Positions 19,131 through 28,192 of a stretch of DNA of 55,942 nt are shown here, in pieces. The DNA lies in NCBI GenBank assembly GCA_013152815.1, contig JAADFO010000044.1:1-55942 (forward strand), in the 5' to 3' direction. The stretch is from Nanobdellati archaeon (lineage in GTDB: Archaea; Nanobdellota; Nanobdellia; Woesearchaeales; JAADFO01). How positions within the stretch are numbered: the first letter of the stretch is position 1; the number at the start of each line of letters is the position of its first letter. The position numbers and the translations under genes are program-made. A model generated the notes under the pieces. That model did no database searches and was not told the origin of the DNA. It worked only from the letters and a program-made list of their open reading frames with translations.

Positions 19131-19216
19131 TGACTCCTGGTCACCGGGATTCGACGGAGATGTGGGCCTGGCTTGCCTGAATCCGTCCTGGAAGAAGAAC
19201 AACGGAGGCTAACACC

Positions 19217-19774
19217 ATGGGACTCTATAAGTATCAGAGAAAATTGTACCAGCAGCCCAAGAAGAATCTTGGGGAGATCTGGAAAGAACGTCTTGTCCGC
19301 TGGAGACAGGAGCCTGTTTCTGTGAAGATCGATCGTCCTACCCGTCTTGACCGGGCTCGTTCGCTGGGCTACAAGGCCAAGCAGGGCATCATCATGGTCC
19401 GTCAGCGGGTCATACGCGGAGGTCGGATGCGGCCCAAGGCATCCATGGGAAGACGACGGCCGAAAACGTCCCGTCGCACCCTCATCCTGGATAAGAGCTA
19501 CCAGCAGGTCGCTGAGGAGCGCGCCCAGAGGAACTACAAGAACCTGAACGTCCTCAATTCCTACGAGATAATGAAGGATGGAAGATATTACTGGTTTGAG
19601 GTCATCCTTTTCGACCCTTCCCATCCGTCGATCAAGAAGGATAAGCAGCTGGGCAGGCTCTGCACATCCAAGCACACCGGACGGGTCTTTCGAGGTCTTA
19701 CTGCTTCAGGCCGAAGGAGTCGCGGTCTCCTGAAGAAAGGGAAAGGTGCTGAAAAGATCAGGAAACATCATTGA
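19217..19774 (+). CDS. rpl15e: 50S ribosomal protein eL15
   Basis: RPTRLDRARSLGYKAKQG, AEERA, VLNSY, FEVIL, GRVFRGLTASG. Confidence 0.97.
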   Translation: MGLYKYQRKLYQQPKKNLGEIWKERLVRWRQEPVSVKIDRPTRLDRARSLGYKAKQGIIMVRQRVIRGGRMRPKASMGRRRPKTSRRTLILDKSYQQVAEERAQRNYKNLNVLNSYEIMKDGRYYWFEVILFDPSHPSIKKDKQLGRLCTSKHTGRVFRGLTASGRRSRGLLKKGKGAEKIRKHH

Positions 19775-19804
19775 TTTTTTTAATCTTTTTTAATCTTTTT
19801 TTTA
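19775..19804 (+). terminator. Oligo-T terminator tract
   Basis: T runs directly after the rpl15e stop. Confidence 0.6.
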
Positions 19805-19911
19805 CTGTTCTGAAAAGAGCAGCCTGCAGAGCTCTCTGAGGATTCTTCAGGGCCTGCATTGAAACGCGAACATTCGTAAATTTTATAAAGGACCGTCTTC
19901 CGTATAGCATC

Positions 19912-20070
19912 ATGACAAAGTTCGTCTGTAAAGGCTGCGGGTACAAGGTCGACAAGGAGAAGGCTCCTGCACGATGCTCCTATTGCGGCAAGGACGGTTC
20001 ACTGATCCGGGAGAAATCTGCTCAGGACATCCTCGATGAGGTGTCGAAGAACTCTGCAGACTTCGACTGA
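19912..20070 (+). CDS. Small zinc-ribbon/rubredoxin-like protein, 52 aa (not in ORF track)
   Basis: MTKFVCKGCGYKVDKEKAPARCSYCGKDGSLIREKSAQDILDEVSKNSADFD*; TTTTATAAA about 25 bp upstream. Confidence 0.82.
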   Translation: MTKFVCKGCGYKVDKEKAPARCSYCGKDGSLIREKSAQDILDEVSKNSADFD

Positions 20071-20087
20071 CGGCGTGTTCTCTTCTC

Positions 20088-22463
20088 TTATGCTCTTTCT
20101 GTCTTTCTCTGTCTTTTCTTCTGGAGAAAGAAGGATAGCCTTTCCTGGTCTGCGTTGAAGATCTCTTCGATATCGATGCCGAGAAGGGTGAGCACATCGT
20201 CGAGCTGTGGCAGGATCTGGTTGTAGAGATAATACTGCAGGTCGATGTCGTACTTCTCCCGCGGAAGCCGGACACGGCTGCTGATCCTGTCTTTGCCCGG
20301 GCTGATGAAGAACCGTATCTCCATCCCTTTCTTGACCGCGTGGCCCTGCTGCTTCATCCGGAGGGCTGCAGCCACATGGGGCGGCGTCGATTCATATTGG
20401 TCGAGCTCTTTCTGGAGACGGGCATGGAAGACGAGGTCCTCTTCAGGGATCCTGCCATCGGTCAGGTCCTCCAGATGCTTGAGCAACGCGATCCTGATGG
20501 CATTGGGGGATTCTCCCCTGACTGCCCGTTCCACGATGTCCTTGATGACCCGGTCAGAATAGTTCGCGAAGAGGGTGTTGGGCAGGCCGAAGCGCTTCGC
20601 GACCAGTCGGCCGTCCTTGAGGAATGCGTATTTCCTCCTCTTCCTGCCGCGGTAGTCTTCCGTCGCTATGAAGATGACCCGGTCGTAGGGACCGGTAAGG
20701 TGCAGGTCGAGCCGATGGCCCAGGAGCCGGTTGATGGTCTCTTCGGTCTCCTCCCGGGAGCGTTCAGGTTCCTGGTCTGAGAAGAAAAGATGTTGCTGGT
20801 CAGCCATGATGAGCTCGATGCCGCTCTGAAGAGCCCCTCCTGACATGCGTCGTAGCTCTCTCCTGATGATGTCCTTGAGGACCTCTGCGCAGACCAGGCT
20901 CGCATAGCGTTTCTTCTTCGCTGAGAGATACGTGAGGAAGCGGTCGGTGAGGAGGTTGAGGGCCTTGAACCTGGCCTCGAGCTTGGTCAGCTCCTTCTCT
21001 TCTGTCTTGATGCTCCGTATGCGTTCCATACGCTGGATCAGGTCGCCATAGATGCGTGGCATGATTCCTTTCTTCTGCCTGCAGAACCAGATGGGATAGG
21101 GGATGCTCGGGACGTCGATCTTGGTCGCGCTGTCACGGCAGCAGGAGCACCAGAGGGTCTCTTTGGAGATGTTGTGCTCATCCATGATGCGACGGATGAG
21201 CGGGGCAAGGTCGGTGAGATACACCGTCTGTTTCAGGCAGCTCTTGTTGAGTTCATAGAGCGGCCGGTCCTCTATGCCTGCGATGGTCTGGGATGCCTGG
21301 CGGGTGGGGACGATCCAGGCCGGATCGGTCTCTCTCATGATGTGATGGTCCAGGAATCTCGACCTGGGGACCCGGGTCAGCTCATGGATGAAGAGTCCGG
21401 TTATCTTGCTCAGTTGCCGAAGTATGGGCAGGATGAGCGGTGTCAATGTCGCCAGTTGGTCTATGGGCTCCGGTGTCTGCTTGTCACCAAGGGTCATGGC
21501 ATAGAGCTCTTTCAAGGAGAATGATGGTTCCCGGAAGACCTTGTTCATGACGTTCATGAGATCGACATGGGGTATGCCGGTGATGTCTGCCGAGAGCTCC
21601 CGGTATTTTCCCAGCCTGAGCGGTGAATGGTCGAGTCCCATGTCGATGGTCTGCCCTGTCTCCTGGGCGATGCTCTCGAGCAGGGGAAACCCCTCGAAAT
21701 CCGTCCTCCAGCCGACCAGAAGGTCAGGCTTCCAGGAGGTGATGGTCTCCTTTATCCTGTCGACGACCATGGCCTGGTCGTCGCAGAGTATCTGTTCTGT
21801 GTAGGACCCTGTTTCTGCTTCGGTGGATATGAGCACCCTATCCTTGCTCCGCCGTAGCCATGCTCGTCTGATGCCTGACGGTCCATTGTCCTGCGCACCA
21901 GGCACCGAACCGGCGACGGGTTCGATGATAAGATAGGCGATCTCCAGCTGCTCCTGTTCATCCGCTTCATAGGTCCGGACGGTCTTGGCCTGGATGACCG
22001 ATACCCTGCTCCTGAAATTGATGTACTCTCCCTTGATGAGGAGCGGGCTGTAGGGCCTTAGCCGGTGGGTAAGCGCATAGTGCTGTTCAAAATTGATATC
22101 TCCCTCGAAGACGTTCTCGACCAGGGGGATGTTCTGCAGATGCCTGGCCATGGCATAGGTCCCCCAGGGGTCTTCAAAGATCACCTTCAGAAGCCTCATT
22201 GGCTTTCCAAAGAAGGATTTCTCGACTTCCTGCACGGTGACGACCCGGTTGGTGCGCTCATGCTCGGTGAGCGTCACCTCTCCAAGGTATTGTGCAGCCT
22301 TCCCCATATCCCCTTTCGGAAGCACATAACAGAAAGGCCGGAAGCTCCTGTCCACAGCACAGATGACCCTTCCTTCCTTGTTCTTTCCGTAGATGAGGAT
22401 GATGGGGCCTTCCCGCGTCTGCTTGAAACTGATATAACGGGGATAGAGAATGATCTCGACCAT
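20088..22463 (-). CDS. Family B DNA polymerase homolog, full length, catalytic motifs degenerate (start revised)
   Basis: PolB N-terminus (FRPFCYV, FEGDINF), HNISKETL, thumb (PPHVAAALRM, YYLYNQILP) and PIP-like QERLSFFL; lacks intact DxE, DFxSLYP, KxxxNSxYG and YGDTDS. Confidence 0.88.
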   Translation of the reverse strand: MVEIILYPRYISFKQTREGPIILIYGKNKEGRVICAVDRSFRPFCYVLPKGDMGKAAQYLGEVTLTEHERTNRVVTVQEVEKSFFGKPMRLLKVIFEDPWGTYAMARHLQNIPLVENVFEGDINFEQHYALTHRLRPYSPLLIKGEYINFRSRVSVIQAKTVRTYEADEQEQLEIAYLIIEPVAGSVPGAQDNGPSGIRRAWLRRSKDRVLISTEAETGSYTEQILCDDQAMVVDRIKETITSWKPDLLVGWRTDFEGFPLLESIAQETGQTIDMGLDHSPLRLGKYRELSADITGIPHVDLMNVMNKVFREPSFSLKELYAMTLGDKQTPEPIDQLATLTPLILPILRQLSKITGLFIHELTRVPRSRFLDHHIMRETDPAWIVPTRQASQTIAGIEDRPLYELNKSCLKQTVYLTDLAPLIRRIMDEHNISKETLWCSCCRDSATKIDVPSIPYPIWFCRQKKGIMPRIYGDLIQRMERIRSIKTEEKELTKLEARFKALNLLTDRFLTYLSAKKKRYASLVCAEVLKDIIRRELRRMSGGALQSGIELIMADQQHLFFSDQEPERSREETEETINRLLGHRLDLHLTGPYDRVIFIATEDYRGRKRRKYAFLKDGRLVAKRFGLPNTLFANYSDRVIKDIVERAVRGESPNAIRIALLKHLEDLTDGRIPEEDLVFHARLQKELDQYESTPPHVAAALRMKQQGHAVKKGMEIRFFISPGKDRISSRVRLPREKYDIDLQYYLYNQILPQLDDVLTLLGIDIEEIFNADQERLSFFLQKKRQRKTERA

Positions 22464-22558
22464 GCAGGAGATAATGGTTCTGGCGTATATAAAGATGTCG
22501 GGAATCCTTCTAAAATCCTGCCCGGGATGGTCTCCTGAGAGCATAGATTGAGAGCATA

Positions 22559-22703
22559 GGGCTAAGTCAAGTTAAGTGGGACTGCGTCATCCGTCATCAG
22601 GATCAGCGTTTGCAGATGAAAACCTGATCGACGATGACAAGGCGGGGGTCGCCCCCTGCGGGGTGCCTTGTAGCAGTCCCACCACCACAAACTTGACTTA
22701 GCC
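22559..22703. mobile_element. MITE-like element, family A, copy 2 (~145 bp)
   Basis: Perfect TIR GGCTAAGTCAAGTT/AACTTGACTTAGCC; flanking direct repeat AGAGCATA(G) at 22551 and 22704. Confidence 0.92.
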
Positions 22704-22747
22704 AGAGCATAGAAAGTTTTAAAAATGCCGTGGCGCCACAAAGGGGA

Positions 22748-23689
22748 ATGGCAAAGGTAATGCTCTTGGACGGGCAGGGAAAGGCACGGGAGACTGCCTA
22801 TGCCGACTACAAAAAGCTCCCCAAGAACAGTCTCTCCTGGACCCATCTGGTCTCCTCTGAGGAGAAAGCCGTCGATTTTGTGCTTGACGAGCTTGGGCAG
22901 GACGAAGAGTTTGAAGAAGACATCCTGGAAGACCAGCGTCCCCGTCTCAGTGCAGAGCATTCCTATGATATCATCGTCCTGACCGTGCCCATAAAGAAGA
23001 TAGCCAAGGCCCATGAGAGCGAGGATGCGCTGCTCCAGCTCTCTTTCATCGCTTTTCAGCATCGTCTCATCACCGTCGCTGACATGAAAGCTCCCATCAT
23101 CGACCAGATATTCACCCAACTTGGCAAGAAGGGGCTGGAGACGCCGTCGGTCTCTTCCCTGTTCAATTTCATCGTCAGCGGTGTCGTGGAGAACAGCATC
23201 GACGCCATGGAGCTTGTCGAGAAACGGATCGACCAGATACAATCGACCATCATCCAGGGAAAGACCCTCCAGGAGATGCTGACCCTCTCTGAACAGATCA
23301 AGGAGACCCTCTACTACAGCACCAAGCTTCTGCGGGCCGATCTCGAGGTCTTCTGGGAGATCCTCGCGGGCAAAGCTATTTCAATCAAGGCAGAGCTGTT
23401 CTATGAGCACATCGAAGATCGTGTCCTCTATCTCATCGACCTGTCTGAGGGTCTTCGTGAGAGCCTCCAGAACATCCTCAACCTGTACCTGGCTGCCCTG
23501 TCGAACCGTATGAACCAACATATCTACCGGCTTACCAACATAGGGGCGTTCTTTCTTATCCCGACGATGATCGCGAGCATCTGGGGCATGAACGTGGAGC
23601 TTCCTTTCCATAACTTCTGGTCCATCCTGTTGGTCTCTTTCGGAGTTTCCTTCATCTTTGCCATTTATCTCTGGCTCATCAAGCGATGA
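22748..23689 (+). CDS. corA: CorA-family Mg2+/Co2+ transporter (start 22748 or 22730)
   Basis: QRPR, C-terminal TM pair with the WGMN signature. Confidence 0.9.
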   Translation: MAKVMLLDGQGKARETAYADYKKLPKNSLSWTHLVSSEEKAVDFVLDELGQDEEFEEDILEDQRPRLSAEHSYDIIVLTVPIKKIAKAHESEDALLQLSFIAFQHRLITVADMKAPIIDQIFTQLGKKGLETPSVSSLFNFIVSGVVENSIDAMELVEKRIDQIQSTIIQGKTLQEMLTLSEQIKETLYYSTKLLRADLEVFWEILAGKAISIKAELFYEHIEDRVLYLIDLSEGLRESLQNILNLYLAALSNRMNQHIYRLTNIGAFFLIPTMIASIWGMNVELPFHNFWSILLVSFGVSFIFAIYLWLIKR

Positions 23690-23730
23690 AGCGATGAATA
23701 AGGCACGACCTTTTATGGAGACGACATCCT

Positions 23731-24207
23731 TTGTATCGGACACTCAATCCCTGGGAAGAAGAACTGGACAAGTATTCGTCTGGAAGCGGCAAGGAGAGCG
23801 AGCTCTATCATGCGGACGACGATGCTTCCCCGGGTGATTCCTACCATGCCCGTCCTGACCATCTTCCTGGCGACCCTCTTTCCGAGTCCTATCACCATCA
23901 GGACAGGGAAGAGGAGAAGGATGACAAGAGCGACAAGAGTGACAAGAGTGAGGATGACATCTTTGCCGAAGAGGGAGCGGCAGGAAACTACCAGGCTGAC
24001 GACAAAGCGGTGAAAGAAGACCGGTCCTCAGACAACACAGGCAAGGAACTCACCCTGGACCAGATCAAAGAGACCCTGGAGCGTCCTGCTCCTCTCGTTC
24101 CTCAGGAAGATACACAGTCACAGTCCCTCAAGGATGTGGAATCGCTGCTCGATGACCTTTCACGAAAGCAGAATCGTCGTGAACTCATCAATCTCGACAA
24201 GAGATGA
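23731..24207 (+). CDS. Acidic, probably disordered hypothetical protein
   Basis: D/E/S-rich ORF filling the gap; TTG start with GGAG upstream. Confidence 0.65.
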   Translation: MYRTLNPWEEELDKYSSGSGKESELYHADDDASPGDSYHARPDHLPGDPLSESYHHQDREEEKDDKSDKSDKSEDDIFAEEGAAGNYQADDKAVKEDRSSDNTGKELTLDQIKETLERPAPLVPQEDTQSQSLKDVESLLDDLSRKQNRRELINLDKR

Positions 24208-24263
24208 TGGCTGATGGACGCTCTCTGTTCGCTGCTGCCTGATGACCGATAGTTATAAAAAGG

Positions 24264-25070
24264 ATGCCGGTGAGAATGAACAGGGGGATTAGCGTGAAAG
24301 GACAAAAAAGACCAGCACTCGTCATCTTCGGCAGCCAGAGCGATGCATCAATCTATGAGCGTGTCATCGCACGTCTCCATGCGGAAGCGGTCTCTTCGGT
24401 GTTCCGGATATGCAGCGCCCATCGGTCTCCTGGCTACCTTTCTGAGATTCTCAAGAACGAGGAATACGGTCTGGTCATCGCCGGAGCAGGACTTGCAGCA
24501 CATCTTCCTGGTGTGGTCGCCTCGCAGACCATCCGGCCTGTCATCGGTGTTCCTGTCTCTTCATCGCTGGGCGGCCTTGATGCGCTGCTTTCCATCATCC
24601 AGATGCCTCCGGGCATCCCTGTCCTCTCTGTCGGCATCGATGCGGCAGAGGAGGCAGCACGTCACGCAGCCCTGATGTCCAGGTCTTACGATGAGATATG
24701 CATCGTCACCAATGGCCTGCTCATGGAGCGTTTCGAGAAGGCCCGCGTGTGGCTTCAGGAACGTAACATCCCTCATGTGTTCTCTGATGAGCCGTTGAAG
24801 GAGAAAGTCAACGTGCTCGCCTTTTCGCTTTCCCGGCCCGCCTCTTTTCCTGGTGAACTCTTCATCATCCGCGTTCCTGTGCTTTCTGAGGGGACGCCTG
24901 AGGATGCCCTGCTCCTTGCCCGGACGACATCCGAAGGGCTTTTCGTGGGTCTCAACAGGGTCGAGAACGCAGTCATCGCAGCTGCCCAGATACTCAGCAT
25001 GGACGGTTCTTTCGACGACCAGCACCATCAGTATCGGAAGGACATGGAAAAGGCCATACGACTGCTCTGA
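24264..25070 (+). CDS. purE: AIR carboxylase / N5-CAIR mutase with a second, degenerate PurE-like domain (start uncertain)
   Basis: GSQSD, SAHRSP, AGAGLAAHLPG, PVIGVP, DALLSIIQMPPGIPV. Confidence 0.92.
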   Translation: MPVRMNRGISVKGQKRPALVIFGSQSDASIYERVIARLHAEAVSSVFRICSAHRSPGYLSEILKNEEYGLVIAGAGLAAHLPGVVASQTIRPVIGVPVSSSLGGLDALLSIIQMPPGIPVLSVGIDAAEEAARHAALMSRSYDEICIVTNGLLMERFEKARVWLQERNIPHVFSDEPLKEKVNVLAFSLSRPASFPGELFIIRVPVLSEGTPEDALLLARTTSEGLFVGLNRVENAVIAAAQILSMDGSFDDQHHQYRKDMEKAIRLL

Positions 25071-25137
25071 GCGCCGGGACATTGGCCTGCCGATTATGAT
25101 GAGCGGTCTCGTGCAGGAAAAAGACGGGTACGAAAAA

Positions 25138-26154
25138 ATGAAGGGAACAGACGAGCATCATGTTTCTCCATCTTCTGGCCAGGATGAGAAACAATCGGGC
25201 CTGGATGAGAAACAAGTCTTGGAGAACATCGATAATACGCTGAAGGATACCGATTTTCCCATAGGCAAGCAGTATAAGGGAAAGGTGCGTGACAATTACC
25301 TGCTGGGAGACCGGCGTCTGATCGTGGCGACCGACCGGCTGTCTGCCTTCGACAGGATCATCACTGCCCTTCCTTTCAAGGGGCAGATGCTGAGCCAGAT
25401 GTCAAACTATTGGTTCGGCAGGACCAGGCACATCATCAGGAACCATCTCCTCGACATCCCTGACCCCAACGTTGTTGTCGTCCATGAATGCAAGCCACTC
25501 CCGGTCGAGATGGTGGTGAGAGGGTATCTGACCGGTTCGCTCTGGAGAGCCTATGCTGAAGGACAGCGCTTCCTCTACGGCATGAAATTCAATGCCGATC
25601 TGCGGAAGGACCAGGCCTTTGACCATCCGCTGATAACTCCCACCACCAAGGCTGCCTATGGCACCCATGACACTCCCATCTCCAGGGAGAAGATCATCTC
25701 TGAAGGTCTTGTCGAGAAGAACGTCTATGAGCAGATGGAGGAGGTCTCCCTCAAGCTTTTCTCCTTCGCGACCAGGGAGCTGGAGAAGAACGGTCTCCTT
25801 CTGGTGGACACCAAATATGAGTTCGGCATCCATGAGGGACAGCTCATGCTGATGGACGAGATCCATACTTCCGACTCTTCCCGTTTCTGGGAAGAAGAGT
25901 TCTATGAGCGACGTTTCGAGGCAGGCCAGGACCAGGAAGCGCTGGACAAGGAATATGTGCGTCAATGGCTGCTCTCCCAGGGCTTCAAGGGCGATGGTGA
26001 GCCGCCGACCCTCCCGACAGAGGTCATCGTCAAGGCGGTGCTGAAATACCACACTGCCCTCGAACGCATCACCGGAGAGCCTCTTGCGGTCCGGCAGGGA
26101 GACGTGCTCGAACGGATAACAACGAATCTGAAGAACAAGGGCTATCTCCCATGA
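25138..26154 (+). CDS. purC: SAICAR synthetase (start revised; 25096 also possible)
   Basis: GKVRD, TDRLSAFD, EMVVRGYLTGS, TPTTKA, DTKYEFG, DEIHTSDSSRFW, LDKEYVR. Confidence 0.95.
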   Translation: MKGTDEHHVSPSSGQDEKQSGLDEKQVLENIDNTLKDTDFPIGKQYKGKVRDNYLLGDRRLIVATDRLSAFDRIITALPFKGQMLSQMSNYWFGRTRHIIRNHLLDIPDPNVVVVHECKPLPVEMVVRGYLTGSLWRAYAEGQRFLYGMKFNADLRKDQAFDHPLITPTTKAAYGTHDTPISREKIISEGLVEKNVYEQMEEVSLKLFSFATRELEKNGLLLVDTKYEFGIHEGQLMLMDEIHTSDSSRFWEEEFYERRFEAGQDQEALDKEYVRQWLLSQGFKGDGEPPTLPTEVIVKAVLKYHTALERITGEPLAVRQGDVLERITTNLKNKGYLP

Positions 26155-26774
26155 TCAGGGCGGTCTTCTTCGATTTCGACGGTGTCCTGGTGGATTCCTT
26201 CTCCTTCTGGTATGGGCTCTTCAACGATGCCCTGCATCGGTTCCAGAGAAAGCCCATGTCTGAAGAGGAGTTCCGCAGGCTGGCCTGGGGAATCTCATCG
26301 CGCGACAATCGGGAGAGGTTCTTCAAAGGGACCTCTTTCGAGGAGCTTGTCGCACTCTACAGGAAGACCTATGCAGGGTTCCTCGACAGGATACGCATCA
26401 TGCCCCACGCGAAAGAGGTGCTTGCCTCCCTGAAACAGCAGGGTCTCAAGATAGCGCTCATCACCAACAGCCATGACTACATGCTCCCTCAGATCCTGAA
26501 GGGTCTCGGTCTCTTCTCCTATTTTGACCATATCGAGAGCTTCCGGCAGGGGATAGAGCCGAAACCACATCCCATGATGCTCAACAATGCCCTCTCCCGG
26601 CTGGGGATCGGCAAGGAAGAAGCTATCTTCATCGGCGACACCAAAGTCGATGCCGAGGCAGGGCGGCGGGCAGGCATCTTCACCCTCTGTATCGGCTTTC
26701 CCTGTGATGGAAAGATTGATAAATTGGAAGACATCCTACCGATCGTTGAGGAGAAAGGGCAGACAGGCCCTTGA
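26151..26774 (+). CDS. HAD-superfamily hydrolase
   Basis: FDFDGVL, ITN, KPHP, IGDT..D motifs. Confidence 0.92.
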   Translation: MIRAVFFDFDGVLVDSFSFWYGLFNDALHRFQRKPMSEEEFRRLAWGISSRDNRERFFKGTSFEELVALYRKTYAGFLDRIRIMPHAKEVLASLKQQGLKIALITNSHDYMLPQILKGLGLFSYFDHIESFRQGIEPKPHPMMLNNALSRLGIGKEEAIFIGDTKVDAEAGRRAGIFTLCIGFPCDGKIDKLEDILPIVEEKGQTGP

Positions 26775-26777
26775 ACG

Positions 26778-28175
26778 GTGACCTATACGATGGACATCTT
26801 CGACAATATCAACCCTATGGACTTCCGCTATTATGGGCGGAATCCTGACCTCTTCTCGAAACTCCAGCCATATCTCTCCGAGTCTGCCACCATCAGATAT
26901 ATGGCTCGCGTAGAACTTGCTCTGGTGAATGCCCTCGCCAGACGGAAGATCTGCAGCAAGGACGACCTGAAGGAGATCATAACAGCCATCGAGAAGGTCA
27001 GGGCAGGGAACGTCTATGAAGAGGAGGACAGGATAAAGCATAATGTCCGCGCCCTCGTCAATCTCATCAGGAAGAATGTTTCGGACAGAGCAAAACCCTT
27101 TGTTCATTTCACCGCGACCTCCCATGACATCATCTGCACAGCAGATGCGCTACGTCTCAAAGAGGTGAGCGAGAAGGTAGTCCTGCCGCTCATGAAGACG
27201 CTCATGGTGGATCTCATCGACCTTGCCATGAAAGAGAAGGACACCGTCCAGATAGGCCGTACCCACGGCCAGCATGCCGATCCCATCACCTTCGGATTCA
27301 CCATGACAGAGTATGTGTCACGTCTCGGCCGGCGTATCCTGAGGGTCAAACACGCTGCAGGCAACTTTCGGGGCAAGCTCTCCGGTGCGGTCGGAGCGTA
27401 TAATGCCCAATCCCTGTTCTTCGATGATCCTATGAAATTCGAGAAAGAGGTGCTCAGGGACCTCGGCCTCAAGCCTTCCACCCATTCGACGCAGATCGTC
27501 GAGCCGGAATTCGTCCTGGACTATCTCCATGCCATCATCTCCACCTTCGGCATCCTGGCCAACATGGCCGACGACCTCCGTCATCTGCAACGGAGCGAGA
27601 TAGCAGAGATATCAGAGGCGTTCGCCAAGAAACAGGTGGGCTCATCGACCATGCCGCACAAGCGGAATCCCATCAACTTCGAGAACGTGAAGAGCATGTG
27701 GAAAGCTTATATGCCCCGCATGACCACCCAATACATGGACCAGATATCCGAGCACCAGCGTGACCTGACCAACTCGGCATCCCAACGATATGTTCCTGAG
27801 ACCATCGCTGCCCTCTGCTCGGTCATGATGCGGCTGGACAAGGCCATCAAGAACCTGGTGGTGGACAAGGAGAACCTCAGGAAGAACTTCAACATCACCA
27901 AGGACATGATCGCTGCCGAGCCGCTCTACATACTCCTGGCTTCCTATAACCATCCGGATGCCCACGAGAAGGTGCGAGAGCTCACCCTGCTCGCCGAAAA
28001 ATCAGGCAACAGGCTCCTCGACATCGCGTTCCGTGACGATTCCTTGCAGCCTTACTTCAAGAAGATGACCAAACGGCAACAGGACATCCTCAAGAATCTG
28101 GAGCAGTATACCGGCATGGCGTCCAAGAAGACCGAGGACTGCTGCAAATTCTGGAAGAAGAAGCTCAAGTTATGA
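26778..28175 (+). CDS. purB: Adenylosuccinate lyase
   Basis: ATSHD, GRTHGQHA, GAVG, GSSTMPHKRNP, HQRDLTNS. Confidence 0.96.
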   Translation: MTYTMDIFDNINPMDFRYYGRNPDLFSKLQPYLSESATIRYMARVELALVNALARRKICSKDDLKEIITAIEKVRAGNVYEEEDRIKHNVRALVNLIRKNVSDRAKPFVHFTATSHDIICTADALRLKEVSEKVVLPLMKTLMVDLIDLAMKEKDTVQIGRTHGQHADPITFGFTMTEYVSRLGRRILRVKHAAGNFRGKLSGAVGAYNAQSLFFDDPMKFEKEVLRDLGLKPSTHSTQIVEPEFVLDYLHAIISTFGILANMADDLRHLQRSEIAEISEAFAKKQVGSSTMPHKRNPINFENVKSMWKAYMPRMTTQYMDQISEHQRDLTNSASQRYVPETIAALCSVMMRLDKAIKNLVVDKENLRKNFNITKDMIAAEPLYILLASYNHPDAHEKVRELTLLAEKSGNRLLDIAFRDDSLQPYFKKMTKRQQDILKNLEQYTGMASKKTEDCCKFWKKKLKL

Positions 28176-28192
28176 AAGTCAAGTTAGGAAGC

